From contig CAMCOD010000001.1 in the NCBI GenBank assembly GCA_945876435.1, positions 19,372-83,371 of the forward strand: a stretch of DNA of 64,000 nt, given 5' to 3'. Numbering within the stretch: position 1 is the first letter of the stretch; every line of letters begins with the position of its first letter. The translations under genes were made by a program, and so were the position numbers. Shown piece by piece: positions 47,943 through 61,054 of this stretch. The notes under the pieces were generated by a model. The model did no database searches. It was not told the DNA's origin and saw only the letters and a list, made by a program, of their open reading frames with translations. This DNA is from an uncultured Clostridia bacterium (GTDB taxonomy: Bacteria > Bacillota > Clostridia > Oscillospirales > Ruminococcaceae).

Positions 47943-47971
47943 ATTCTAACCCCGCGTAATATAAAAGTCAA
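47943..47971 (-). promoter_or_regulatory. sigma-A promoter of nrdD-nrdG, implying a ~135-nt leader
   Basis: Minus strand TTGACT(47971-66)-17 bp-TAGAAT(47948-43). Confidence 0.65.
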
Positions 47972-48262
47972 TGGGACAGAAGTGACAAAAATCTTGGGAC
48001 GCTCTCTCGGAACCATGGCGGCTTCTTTCCTCTCTTTCTCCATATTAGGGCTATATTGATTGAGAAATATACCTGTTGTTTAAATCTGTGGATTATACTT
48101 TCTGCCGGGGTTTCAAAAATCCGCATAAACAGGTCTCTTTTTCTTTTTTGTTCAATATTGTGCAAACTACACTGATATGGTATGATAACTGCAAAAGCAG
48201 TTATCATACTTGTTGTCCCAACACAAAAACAAAAATCGTTATCATATTAAGGAGGACCTATT

Positions 48263-49015
48263 GTGAAATTGATTTCCTGGAATGTAAACGGCCTTCGCGC
48301 CTGCATCACCAAAGGTTTTTATGACTTTTTCCGACAGGAGGACGCGGATATTTTCTGTCTTGGAGAGACAAAAATGCAGCCGGAACAGGCTGAAATCGAA
48401 ACTCCCGGCTACCACCAGTATTGGAACAGCGCCGTAAAAAAAGGCTATTCCGGTACCGCTGTTTTTACAAAACAGGAGCCTTTGTCTGTTTGTTACGGCT
48501 TGGGTATTGAGGAACATGATCAGGAAGGCCGGGTCATTACGCTGGAATTTGAGAATTTTTATCTGGTCAATGTCTATACACCCAATTCCAAGGATGGTCT
48601 GCTGCGGCTGGATTACCGCATGGAATGGGAGGACGCCTTCCGCGCTTACTTAAAGAAACTGGATGAGAGCAAACCGGTCATTGTCTGCGGCGATATGAAC
48701 GTAGCCCATCAGGAAATCGACCTGAAAAATCCGAAAACCAACCGAAAAAATCCCGGCTTTACCGATGAGGAACGAGCCAAAATGACCGAACTGCTGGCCA
48801 GCGGCTTCACCGACAGCTTCCGCGCCCTATATCCGGACAAAGCCGATGCTTATTCCTGGTGGAGCTATCGGGCCAGAGCCCGAGAGAAGAACGTGGGTTG
48901 GCGCATCGACTATTTTCTGGTCTCCAACCGGCTGAAAGAGCAGATTCAGGACGCGGTTATTTACGCCGACATTCTAGGCAGCGACCACTGTCCGGTAGGA
49001 CTAATACTGAAATAA
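48263..49015 (+). CDS. xth: exodeoxyribonuclease III (AP endonuclease)
   Basis: [44 protein letters not shown]; GTG start. Confidence 0.97.
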   Translation: MKLISWNVNGLRACITKGFYDFFRQEDADIFCLGETKMQPEQAEIETPGYHQYWNSAVKKGYSGTAVFTKQEPLSVCYGLGIEEHDQEGRVITLEFENFYLVNVYTPNSKDGLLRLDYRMEWEDAFRAYLKKLDESKPVIVCGDMNVAHQEIDLKNPKTNRKNPGFTDEERAKMTELLASGFTDSFRALYPDKADAYSWWSYRARAREKNVGWRIDYFLVSNRLKEQIQDAVIYADILGSDHCPVGLILK

Positions 49016-49064
49016 TCAGAAACATTAAAAACAGAGGCCTTTTCCATGGAAAAGGCCTCTGTTT

Positions 49065-49505
49065 TTAGTATAAACGGATCTTCATGGGCAGATAGCAGAT
49101 ACCGGTGACGATTTGCTCCCGGTCTGTGGCGGCAAAACCCAGTTTCTCATAGACCGGGACCGCAAATGGTGAGGAATGTACGGTTATTTCTCCGCTTTTA
49201 TTGTTCTTCATGGCAGTCTCAAACAGCTTTCGTCCGATGCCCTGCCGTTGATATTCTCTACGGACAAAAAACAGGGCAATATGGCTGCCGCCGCTGCGGG
49301 TGGCAAGCACGCCAACCAGCTTTTCATCCTGAAAAGCGCCGTACAGCGTGAGTTTTTTCTCATATTCCGGATCATAAATGCTTTGCCGAAAGGTGTTGAT
49401 CCCTTCCTGGCTATAATCCGGAGCCTCAAACTGCAGGAACACATCCCAGACCAGGGCAAGCGCTTCTGTTGTTTCACGATTTTCCAACGTGCGAACCTGT
49501 ACCAT
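49065..49505 (-). CDS. GNAT N-acetyltransferase
   Basis: HIALFFVRREYQRQGIGRKL, TVHSSPFAVPVYEKLGF. Confidence 0.88.
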   Translation of the reverse strand: MVQVRTLENRETTEALALVWDVFLQFEAPDYSQEGINTFRQSIYDPEYEKKLTLYGAFQDEKLVGVLATRSGGSHIALFFVRREYQRQGIGRKLFETAMKNNKSGEITVHSSPFAVPVYEKLGFAATDREQIVTGICYLPMKIRLY

Positions 49506-49521
49506 GGGAAGCCCCCTTCTT

Positions 49522-50772
49522 TTACTCCTTCACAATATAATCCTGCACCTTATGACAGAGCTTAATATCCACCAGCGCGTCCAGAAAGATTCCTTCGCCC
49601 CGGTATTCTTCCTCCATAACTTTGCCGTTAAGGCGCAGTTCATTGACCAGACCCGCTTTATCATAAGGCAGAAGAAGTTGCAAACGGCGGTGGGTTTCCG
49701 GCAGATTCAGAGCGATTTTCTGCAGCAGGCTGTCCAAACCCAAGCCGGATTTCGCGGAAATAGCGGCGGTGTGCTTGTCGATGGTCAAGGGCGGCAGGTC
49801 CACCAGATCACATTTGTTCAGCACGGTCAGCACCGGAATTTGTTCCGCACCCAATTCTTTCAGAACCTGCGCGGTCACTTCCAGTTGGTGGTCAAATTCT
49901 GGGGAAGATACATCGCAGACATTGAGGATCAAATCCGCATTTACCGCTTCCTCCAAAGTCGACTTAAACGCTTCCACCAGATGATGTGGCAGACGGCTGA
50001 CCAGGCCAACGGTATCCACCAGCATGACTTTTCTTCCATCCGGCAGACTCAGCGCTCTGGATGTTGGGTCCAGGGTGGCAAAAAGCATATCCTTGGCCAA
50101 AACTCCAGCATCGGTCAGCCTGTTCAGCAGAGTGGATTTGCCTACATTGGTATAACCAACAATGGCAACGGAGATCACGCCATCCTTTTTGCGGCGGCGA
50201 TGAAGCAGGTCCCTGCGCTGCTCCAGTTCCTCCAGCTGTTCTTCCAGCGCATGGATGCGGCGGCGGATATGGCGTCGGTCGCTTTCCAATTTGGTCTCAC
50301 CGGGGCCTCTGGTACCGATGCCGCCGCCCAAACGGGATAAACTGGTGCCCAGACCAGTCAGGCGGGGCAGGCGGTAGCGCAGCTGCGCCAGCTCAACCTG
50401 CAAACGGCCTTCACTGGTTCTGGCCCGCTGGGCAAAAATATCCAGAATCAGTGTTGTTCGGTCGATCACCTTGGTTTCCATAGCATTTTCGATGTTCTTT
50501 TGATTCGCCGGGGACAGCTCGTGATCGAAAATCACCACATCAATTTCATTGGCCTTCACAAAATCAGCGACTTCCCGCAATCGACCGGAGCCTAACAGCG
50601 TGGCCGGGTCAAAAGCGTCCTTTTTTTGAATCACCCGGCTGACCACCTGCGCGCCGGCGGAAGCCGCCAGCTCCTGCAATTCATCCAGCGAGCGTTCGGC
50701 ATCAAATTCGCCGGTATCCACACAAACCAGAACCGCTCTCTCCACCTGTTCTTCATTTTCGTACATATGCAT
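49522..50772 (-). CDS. hflX: ribosome-splitting GTPase HflX
   Basis: LILDIFAQRART.EG.LQVELAQ, GTRGPGETKLE.DRR, GYTNVGKST, FATLDPT, DTVG, NKCD. Confidence 0.97.
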   Translation of the reverse strand: MHMYENEEQVERAVLVCVDTGEFDAERSLDELQELAASAGAQVVSRVIQKKDAFDPATLLGSGRLREVADFVKANEIDVVIFDHELSPANQKNIENAMETKVIDRTTLILDIFAQRARTSEGRLQVELAQLRYRLPRLTGLGTSLSRLGGGIGTRGPGETKLESDRRHIRRRIHALEEQLEELEQRRDLLHRRRKKDGVISVAIVGYTNVGKSTLLNRLTDAGVLAKDMLFATLDPTSRALSLPDGRKVMLVDTVGLVSRLPHHLVEAFKSTLEEAVNADLILNVCDVSSPEFDHQLEVTAQVLKELGAEQIPVLTVLNKCDLVDLPPLTIDKHTAAISAKSGLGLDSLLQKIALNLPETHRRLQLLLPYDKAGLVNELRLNGKVMEEEYRGEGIFLDALVDIKLCHKVQDYIVKE

Positions 50773-50790
50773 ATTTCCTCCAAATATCGT

Positions 50791-53921
<3,131 letters not shown>

Positions 53922-54458
53922 TTATGCGATTCCGCTGCTGATGTCGTGATAAAACTGTTGGGTATAGGCGTTCATTTCTTCACACAAAGGAATGGTTTCC
54001 GGCAAATAGCACTGGTTCTTTCCCAGTACATTTTTCTCCATAAACCGCAAAGTCTGTTCCAGTGATTGTCCCCGAACCGAACCGGTAATGAGGGTTTTCA
54101 CCACACAGTAAACTTTGCCGCCCTCCAGCACATGGGCATCGTGAAGGATCTTTCCCTCAAGTATTTCCGGCACTTCTTTGCGCTGTGATTCCCAAGCGAT
54201 CTTCACAATATACTCCATGGCCTCCGGCGAATACTGCTGCTTTTTCAGCCAAGCCCGGATCGTTTCCTCGTCCCGGTAAATGAACCCATGGAAATATAAC
54301 GCTAAAATCAGGTGTTCCTCGTTGATTTTATAATTGCCGACGGACAAAATTCTGTCCGCCATCCGTTTTACCAGTTCAATATGCCACAGATTGTGCATAA
54401 TATCCTTATCCGCATAATAGGGCCTTACAAAGCCTTCCAGCGCGTCCCAGTCGAGCAT
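53922..54458 (-). CDS. HD-domain-like hypothetical protein
   Basis: MHNLWH, ALYFHG (HD position reads HG), ILHDAH. Confidence 0.65.
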   Translation of the reverse strand: MLDWDALEGFVRPYYADKDIMHNLWHIELVKRMADRILSVGNYKINEEHLILALYFHGFIYRDEETIRAWLKKQQYSPEAMEYIVKIAWESQRKEVPEILEGKILHDAHVLEGGKVYCVVKTLITGSVRGQSLEQTLRFMEKNVLGKNQCYLPETIPLCEEMNAYTQQFYHDISSGIA

Positions 54459-54635
54459 ACCCTGCCTTCTTTCCGTGTTTGAATTGTCCCCATGCGATAA
54501 AAAACAAATAACTGCTTTGCAGTTATTATACCATAAACCGGCTTTTAATAAAAATTTTTCCCTTCAAATTCTTTTTGAATCTTCTGTAAAGATTCACCTT
54601 TTCCTGAAAGCAGAAACAGAGAAAGGGAATTTCCT

Positions 54636-54664
54636 GTTTAAAGCAGGATTTTCCGGGCAAAATA
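54636..54664 (+). promoter_or_regulatory. SigF/SigG-type forespore promoter of spoVA
   Basis: GTTTA(54636-40)-15 bp-GGCAAAATA(54656-64). Confidence 0.55.
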
Positions 54665-54693
54665 GGCTCAGAACCCTGAAAGGAGGTCCTTTT

Positions 54694-55128
54694 ATGACTG
54701 CAAAAGAATATCAATCGGCAAGCGATAAAGCCATTCCTCATTCCAAATCCTATCGCAACATTCCCATGGCCTTTCTGGTGGGCGGACTGCTCTGCGTCCT
54801 GGGACAGGCGGTAATGAACCTTTGCCTCTATTATGGCATGGAGAAGGATATTGCTTCCGCCTGCGCATCCATGTCCCTGATCATCCTGTCCGCTGTGCTG
54901 ACCGGCTGTAATATCTACGACAATATCGCCCAACACGCTGGTGCCGGCACGCTGGTACCCATCACCGGCTTTGCCAATTCCATGGTTTCTCCGGCTATGG
55001 AGTTCAAAACCGAAGGTTATGTCCTGGGGCTTGGAGCAAAAATGTTTTCCATCGCGGGACCGGTGCTGGTTTATGGTGTGTCCGCATCGGTGATCTACGG
55101 TCTGATCCTGTTTATTTTCGGCAGATAG
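54694..55128 (+). CDS. spoVAC: stage V sporulation protein AC
   Basis: AFLVGGLLC.LGQ, AGAGTLVPITGFANSMVSPAMEFKTEG, MFSIAGPVLVYG; ATG 54694 after AGGAGG. Confidence 0.95.
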   Translation: MTAKEYQSASDKAIPHSKSYRNIPMAFLVGGLLCVLGQAVMNLCLYYGMEKDIASACASMSLIILSAVLTGCNIYDNIAQHAGAGTLVPITGFANSMVSPAMEFKTEGYVLGLGAKMFSIAGPVLVYGVSASVIYGLILFIFGR

Positions 55129-55138
55129 GGGGAGAATT

Positions 55139-56173
55139 ATGGCTACACGCATCGGAACCTACACACTCCGTCTGGATAAACCCACTTCCATCATCAGCTT
55201 TGCCGCCGCAGGCAGCCGAAAAGAGTCCGAAGGCCCTCTGGGCAAGTATTTTGACTGCATCAACGAGGACTCTACCTTCGGCGAAAAAACCTGGGAAAAG
55301 GCGGAAAGCACTTTGCAGAAATGCGCGGTGACCAAAGCGCTGAAAAAAGCCTTCCTGACCCCCGGCGACATTGACCTTATGCTGGCCGGCGATCTGCTGA
55401 ACCAGTGTATTGGCTCCACCTACGGGGCACGGCAGATGGGAATTCCCTATCTGGGCCTGTATGGAGCCTGCTCGACTATGGCGGAAAGCCTTCTTTTAGC
55501 CGCTTTGCTCACCGAAGGAGGCATGGGACACCGCTGTCTGGCGGCAACCTCCTCCCACTTCTGCTCCGCGGAACGGCAGTTCCGTTTTCCTTTGGAATAC
55601 GGCGGACAGCGCACACCCACTGCCCAGTGGACCGTCACCGGAGCGGGAGCCTGTATCACCGCTTTGCAAAGCGGTCCGCCCTATATTCGGGAAGTGACCA
55701 TCGGTACCATTGAGGACTATGGGATCTGCGACATCAACAACATGGGTGCCGCAATGGCTCCCGCGGCTTACGCCACCTTATCCCATTATTTTCACGATAC
55801 CGGCACCAAACCGGGAGATTTTGACCTGATCCTCACCGGAGACCTGGGGGTGATCGGCTCTCAGCTTCTGCATCAGTTAATGGACGAAGCCAAACTATCC
55901 ATCACTGCCAATCACAAGGACTGCGGGCTGCTGATCTATGACCGCATTGAGCAGGATGTCCACGCGGGAGGTTCCGGCTGCGGCTGCGCGGCTACGGTAC
56001 TCTGCTCCTATATCCTGCCTCAAATACAGGAGGGCTCCCTGAAGGATGTTCTGTTTATGGCCACGGGAGCCATGATGAGCCCTACCAGCGTTCAGCAGGG
56101 AGAGACCATTCCCGCCATCGCTCATTTGCTCCATCTGTCTCATACTTCCGGAAAGGAGGGCGAATCATGCTGA
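55139..56173 (+). CDS. spoVAD: stage V sporulation protein AD
   Basis: KESEGPLG, AGDLLNQC, LYGACST, SHFCSAERQFRFPLEYG, NMGAAMAPAA, GGSGCGC. Confidence 0.96.
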   Translation: MATRIGTYTLRLDKPTSIISFAAAGSRKESEGPLGKYFDCINEDSTFGEKTWEKAESTLQKCAVTKALKKAFLTPGDIDLMLAGDLLNQCIGSTYGARQMGIPYLGLYGACSTMAESLLLAALLTEGGMGHRCLAATSSHFCSAERQFRFPLEYGGQRTPTAQWTVTGAGACITALQSGPPYIREVTIGTIEDYGICDINNMGAAMAPAAYATLSHYFHDTGTKPGDFDLILTGDLGVIGSQLLHQLMDEAKLSITANHKDCGLLIYDRIEQDVHAGGSGCGCAATVLCSYILPQIQEGSLKDVLFMATGAMMSPTSVQQGETIPAIAHLLHLSHTSGKEGESC

Positions 56174-56529
56174 TGGAATATCTGAAAGCGTTCCTGGTGG
56201 GCGGCATTATCTGCGCCATCGGTCAGGTTCTCATCGACTACACCAAATTGACTCCGGCAAGAATTTTGGTATCCTTTGTGGTCGCCGGTGTCATTCTTGG
56301 CGGATTGGGCCTGTACCAGCCTCTTTTGGACTTTGGCGGAGCCGGTGCCAGCGTCCCTCTGACCGGATTCGGCGCTCTTCTTGCCAAAGGCGTTCGGGAG
56401 GCGGTTGCGGAAAAGGGCTTTTTCGGCATCTTTTCCGGCGGATTAACCGCCAGCGCAGCAGGCGTTGCCATGGCGATTTTCACTTCACTGGTAACAGCGC
56501 TGATTTCAAAGCCAAAAGACAAATCTTAA
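56167..56529 (+). CDS. spoVAE: stage V sporulation protein AE (AEb)
   Basis: AFLVGGIICAIGQ.LID.TKLTP, GAGASVPLTGFG. Confidence 0.94.
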   Translation: MLMEYLKAFLVGGIICAIGQVLIDYTKLTPARILVSFVVAGVILGGLGLYQPLLDFGGAGASVPLTGFGALLAKGVREAVAEKGFFGIFSGGLTASAAGVAMAIFTSLVTALISKPKDKS

Positions 56530-56587
56530 ATCAATCGCAAGAAACGGCCTGTCAGTAACTGACAGGCCGTTTCTTTATCCTGTTATT

Positions 56588-57787
56588 CTATTCAACATTA
56601 TGACGAATATAATCCACCACACCGACGGTTTCACCGTTTCTGGTGTAGACCCGGGGAACTCTTTTACCAATAATGCACATGATCTCATAATGCACCGTAT
56701 CCGACAGCCGGGCAATCTCCTCCATGGTGATGGTCTTATCCCCGTCCTGCCCTACAATGGTAGCCTCCATGCCTTCCTGAGCCTCCGGAATCTCTGTCAC
56801 ATCCAGCAGAAGTTGATCCATACAGATACGGCCTACAATTTTAGCGTATTTTCCGTTGACCAGCATTTTTCCACGGTTGGACAGGGAGCGGTGGTAGCCA
56901 TCCGCATAGCCGATGGGCACGGTGGCAATGCGCATATCTCTTGGAGCGGTAAAGGTGCGCCCGTAGCTGATTTTGGAACCGGCTTTTACGCTTTTTACCA
57001 TAGAAATTACGGCCTTCAGCTCCATCACCGGCTTCAGCGAGATCTTTCCTTTGCAGCCGGCATCCGGAATCAGCCCATAAAGCAGAATACCGGCCCGAAC
57101 CATATCCCAATGGTACTCCGGATAGTTGACAATACCGCCGGAATTGCTGCAATGATGAAGCGCAAAGCGAATCCCCTGCTTCTCCAGGCTGTCAATAACC
57201 TCTTTAAACAGTTGGAACTGCTGACGGGTATAGTCAATGGAGCTGGGATTGTACTCATCAGAGCTGGAAAAATGGGTGAAAATACCGTCGCAGTGCAGAT
57301 TGCGAAAACCGCAGGTTTCTTTGATCTGCTCAACAGCCTCCTCCAGATTGGACGCGTCGAAACCAATTCGCCCCATACCAGTATCCACTTTTATGTGACA
57401 CTGAACCGTGACGCCCTGCTTTTCTGCTTCCTCCTGCAGCTCTCTGGCATAATCCATCGAGTAAACCGTCTGGGTAATATTATACTCACAGAGCTGTTTT
57501 GCTCGGGCGGGAGGCGTTGTTCCCAGGATCAGGATCGGGTGAAAAATACCCTGGGTGCGCAGGGACATGGCTTCATTGATGTTGGACACCGCAAACCAGT
57601 TCACGCCCAGCTTGATCAGCTCATCCACAATAAATTTATCTCCATGACCGTAAGCATCCGCCTTGACCACACCCATAATCATGCAGTCAGGGCGAATTTT
57701 CTTTCGGATCTCCCGAACATTGTGGGCAACATTGTCCAAATTGACAACCGCCCAGCTTCTTCTCAGATAATCAACCATATCATCCAT
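56588..57787 (-). CDS. alr: alanine racemase
   Basis: PLP lysine VVKADAYGHG, HIKVDTGMGRIG, GIFTHF, GYADG, GRICMDQ. Confidence 0.96.
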   Translation of the reverse strand: MDDMVDYLRRSWAVVNLDNVAHNVREIRKKIRPDCMIMGVVKADAYGHGDKFIVDELIKLGVNWFAVSNINEAMSLRTQGIFHPILILGTTPPARAKQLCEYNITQTVYSMDYARELQEEAEKQGVTVQCHIKVDTGMGRIGFDASNLEEAVEQIKETCGFRNLHCDGIFTHFSSSDEYNPSSIDYTRQQFQLFKEVIDSLEKQGIRFALHHCSNSGGIVNYPEYHWDMVRAGILLYGLIPDAGCKGKISLKPVMELKAVISMVKSVKAGSKISYGRTFTAPRDMRIATVPIGYADGYHRSLSNRGKMLVNGKYAKIVGRICMDQLLLDVTEIPEAQEGMEATIVGQDGDKTITMEEIARLSDTVHYEIMCIIGKRVPRVYTRNGETVGVVDYIRHNVE

Positions 57788-57935
57788 CCCTTACTCTGTT
57801 TGGTACTTGTACTATACATCAACCCAGAACCACTTACAAGCTTTTTCTGTCGTGGCTTTATGAATATTTTAGAAATTTCACACAGAAAAACAGCACAGTC
57901 TCAGAACTTTTCCGGTCCTGAAACTGTGCCGCCTC

Positions 57936-58199
57936 TTATTTTGCCAGTTTATCAATAATATCGACCAGTTCTTCCATCTTTTTCTCCCTGTCTCCGCCTT
58001 CAACCGCGTCTCTGACACAGCATTGCAGATGTGCCTTGAGGATCTCCCGGTTTACCCGGCGGAGGATCGCTTCAGTAGCCATGACCTGATTGCTGATATC
58101 TACACAGTAGCGGTCCTCTTCTACCATTTTCAGAATACCGTCCAACTGGCCCCGGGCGGTTTTCAGCAGGCGGATCACGCTGCGTTTATCCGCTTTCAT
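57936..58199 (-). CDS. csoR: CsoR family copper-sensing repressor
   Basis: RLLKTARGQLDGI.KM.EEDRYC.DI..Q, HLQCCV; directly downstream of copA. Confidence 0.93.
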   Translation of the reverse strand: MKADKRSVIRLLKTARGQLDGILKMVEEDRYCVDISNQVMATEAILRRVNREILKAHLQCCVRDAVEGGDREKKMEELVDIIDKLAK

Positions 58200-58202
58200 G
58201 GC

Positions 58203-60758
58203 TTAATTCAGACTTACAACGTCGTAGCCGGCATCTGTAACCGCTTTCACCAGTGTTTCATCACTGACTGGGGCGGTCAGCGTAATAACAGCTGATTTTC
58301 CCTCCAGATTGACCACCGCGGAAACTCCTTCCAGCCCGTTGAGAGCTTTTTCCACTCGTCCGGAGCAGTGGGTGCACATCATACCTTCGATTTTCATTAC
58401 TTTTGTCATGGTTTCATTCTCCTTTTCTATGGTTTTTATGGTTGTTACAGCGGCATCCTCAGAAGAAAGCGGCACGGCTTCTCTTTGGAAGGATGGTTGA
58501 AACAATTTCAGCCGAAGAGCGTTGCTGACCACAAAGAATGAGCTCAAGCTCATGGCTGCCGCGCCAAACATAGGGTTCAGTTTCAAGCCAAAGCCGATGA
58601 AAAATACGCCTGCGGCCAGCGGGATGCCGATGGCATTGTAGAAAAAGGCCCAAAACAGGTTCTGTTTGATGTTTCGGATTACCGCTTTGCTCAACTGGAC
58701 AGCCGCCACGCTGTCCAACAGGTCGCTTTTCATCAAAACAATGTCCGCGGACTCAATGGCAACATCCGTGCCGGCACCAATGGCAATTCCTACGTCCGCT
58801 CTTGCCAGAGCAGGCGCGTCGTTGATACCGTCGCCCACCATTGCAACAATTTTTCCCATTTCCTGAAGCTTGCGAACCTCCTGCTCCTTATCCTGAGGCA
58901 GAATCTCCGCCACAGCCCGGCTGATCCCCAGCTGGGAACGGATCGCTTCTGCGGTTTTTTGGTTGTCTCCGGTGAGCATGATAACGTCGATACCCATGTT
59001 CTCAAACTCCCTGATTGCCTGAGCGCTGCTGGGTTTTACCACGTCAGCCACACAGACAAGCCCGATTGCCTTTCCATCGCAGGCAAAATACAGCGGGGTT
59101 TTCCCCTGTTTGGCGGCTTCTTCGCCTTTTATCTCCAGCGTATGCAAGGGAATTTGATTGTTTTCCATCATTTTTCGGTTTCCGGCCAGGATCCTTTCCC
59201 CGTCTACCATGCCAAAAATGCCCTGTCCTGCTTCTGCGCCGTAGTCTTGGACCGCTTTCAGAGATATTCCCTTTTCCTTCGCATAACCAACAATGGCCTC
59301 CGCCAGAGGATGTTCGGAAGAATGTTCCAGGGAAGCGGCTTTTTGCAGGAAAGCCTCCAGACTTTCCCCTTCCACCACAACACAATCTGTGACTTTGGGC
59401 TTACCTTCCGTAATGGTTCCGGTTTTATCCAGAACCACCGTATCAATTTGATGAGCAATTTCCAGACTTTCCGCGGATTTGATCAGAATACCGTTCTCCG
59501 CACCCTTACCAGTGCCCACCATAATGGCAGTCGGTGTTGCCAGACCCAAAGCGCAGGGACAGGAGATCACCAGTACCGCAATACCGCAGGAAAAGGCATG
59601 ATGGAACGGATAGCCCAACAACAGCCAAACAAGGATCGTAACGGCGGCGATCGCCATTACCACCGGGACAAAAATGCCGCTGACCTTGTCCGCCAGCTTT
59701 GCGATTGGGGCCTTGGAACCGCCCGCTTCCTCCACCAGACGAATAATCTGCGCCAGGGTAGTATCCTGACCCACCCTTCTGGCCTCCATTTTAAAGAAGC
59801 CGCTTTTATTTATAGATGCGCCCATGACAACGGCACCTGCGGTCTTTTCCACGGGGATGCTTTCGCCGGTAAGTGCCGACTCATCCACCGCTCCGCTGCC
59901 TTCCACAATCACGCCATCCACCGGGATGCTCTGACCGCTGCGGACCACAACAAGATCTCCCACCAGCACCTGCTCCACCGGAATTTCCTGCTCGACTCCG
60001 GAACGCAGGACAACAGCTGTTTTCGGGGACAGGTCCATCAGCTTGCTGATCGCATCGGAGGTCCGGCGTTTGGAACGGCTCTCCAAATATTTGCCCACTG
60101 TGATCAGCGTCAGGATCATTGCGGCGGACTCAAAATACAGATCCATGTGGTAAGGCAGTGCCAGCTCCATCTGGCCATGCCCCAAATAATAAGCCATACG
60201 GAATACAGCATACATACTGTAAACAAAGGAGGCGCCGGAACCAATCGCAATCAAGGAATCCATATTGGGTGCGCCATGAAACAGGCTGCGGAAACCCATT
60301 TGGAAGAATTTCCGGTTAATGTAGAGTAACGGTAGGGTCAGTATCATCTGTGTCAGGGCGAAAACCAGCATATTTTCATGACCCACCAGAACTTCCGGCA
60401 GGGGAGCACCCAGCATGCTGCCCATCGAAAGATACATTAGCGGAATCAGAAAACAAAAGGATGCGATCAGACGCCTTTTCATTCCATCGCTTTCATCCCG
60501 GCTCCCAATTGGTTTCTCTGAAATCATTTTTCCGGAAGAATCCTTCTGCTGATAAACAAAAGCGCCGTATCCGGCCTCCTCCACCGCCCGGATGATTGTT
60601 TCATCCGCCGCGGGAGCTTGGTACTCCACCGTCATTTTATTTTGCAGAAGGTTCACATTTACCTTGGATACTCCTTCTACCTTCCGCACCGCCTTCTCCA
60701 CATGGGCGCTGCAGGCGGAACAAGTCATACCTGTAACAGCAAAAATCTGTTTATCCAA
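58203..60758 (-). CDS. copA: Cu(I)-translocating P1B-type ATPase with N- and C-terminal HMA domains
   Basis: GMTCSAC, TGES, CPCALGLATP, DKTGT, GDGINDAPAL, C-terminal GMMCTHC. Confidence 0.97.
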   Translation of the reverse strand: MDKQIFAVTGMTCSACSAHVEKAVRKVEGVSKVNVNLLQNKMTVEYQAPAADETIIRAVEEAGYGAFVYQQKDSSGKMISEKPIGSRDESDGMKRRLIASFCFLIPLMYLSMGSMLGAPLPEVLVGHENMLVFALTQMILTLPLLYINRKFFQMGFRSLFHGAPNMDSLIAIGSGASFVYSMYAVFRMAYYLGHGQMELALPYHMDLYFESAAMILTLITVGKYLESRSKRRTSDAISKLMDLSPKTAVVLRSGVEQEIPVEQVLVGDLVVVRSGQSIPVDGVIVEGSGAVDESALTGESIPVEKTAGAVVMGASINKSGFFKMEARRVGQDTTLAQIIRLVEEAGGSKAPIAKLADKVSGIFVPVVMAIAAVTILVWLLLGYPFHHAFSCGIAVLVISCPCALGLATPTAIMVGTGKGAENGILIKSAESLEIAHQIDTVVLDKTGTITEGKPKVTDCVVVEGESLEAFLQKAASLEHSSEHPLAEAIVGYAKEKGISLKAVQDYGAEAGQGIFGMVDGERILAGNRKMMENNQIPLHTLEIKGEEAAKQGKTPLYFACDGKAIGLVCVADVVKPSSAQAIREFENMGIDVIMLTGDNQKTAEAIRSQLGISRAVAEILPQDKEQEVRKLQEMGKIVAMVGDGINDAPALARADVGIAIGAGTDVAIESADIVLMKSDLLDSVAAVQLSKAVIRNIKQNLFWAFFYNAIGIPLAAGVFFIGFGLKLNPMFGAAAMSLSSFFVVSNALRLKLFQPSFQREAVPLSSEDAAVTTIKTIEKENETMTKVMKIEGMMCTHCSGRVEKALNGLEGVSAVVNLEGKSAVITLTAPVSDETLVKAVTDAGYDVVSLN

Positions 60759-60799
60759 ACAGCATCACCTCTTTCTTTCACTTTCACCGTCCTGAAGGA

Positions 60800-60850
60800 T
60801 ACCCCCAGGGGGTGTGGCATAATTGTATACCTATTTTGTCTTTTTGTCAA
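60800..60850 (-). promoter_or_regulatory. copA promoter with CsoR operator
   Basis: Minus strand TTGACA(60850-45)-17 bp-TACAAT(60827-22); G/C-tract palindrome TACCCCCAGGGGGTG at 60800-60814, typical of CsoR operators. Confidence 0.8.
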
Positions 60851-61054
60851 CAGAGAGGTCGAAAAACTCGCCGAAAAAACAATTTTTCCTTTGTTTAAGA
60901 TGCTAAACTTCATCAAAAAATGTTGACAATATCACATAAATATAATACGCTGAATTTGTCGGGAGCCCGACTGTAGGACGCATATGCAGCCGGAATACTC
61001 TCCTCCTTTCTCTGAATGGGGAAAAATCTATAAATGAAAATGGAGAGATTGTAA

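Noticed and set aside
47843-48043. 66-aa minus-strand ORF upstream of nrdD
   Set aside because: Runs across the predicted nrdD promoter and leader, has no convincing RBS, and lacks protein-like features.
48030-48200. NrdR boxes for nrdD
   Set aside because: Only half-site matches (e.g. CAATATTGTG near 48153) were found, far from the nrdD promoter; not supportable.
60923-60946. TTGACA...TATAAT promoter for patB
   Set aside because: The hexamers are only 12 bp apart, so they do not form a canonical sigma-A promoter; start site left unassigned.
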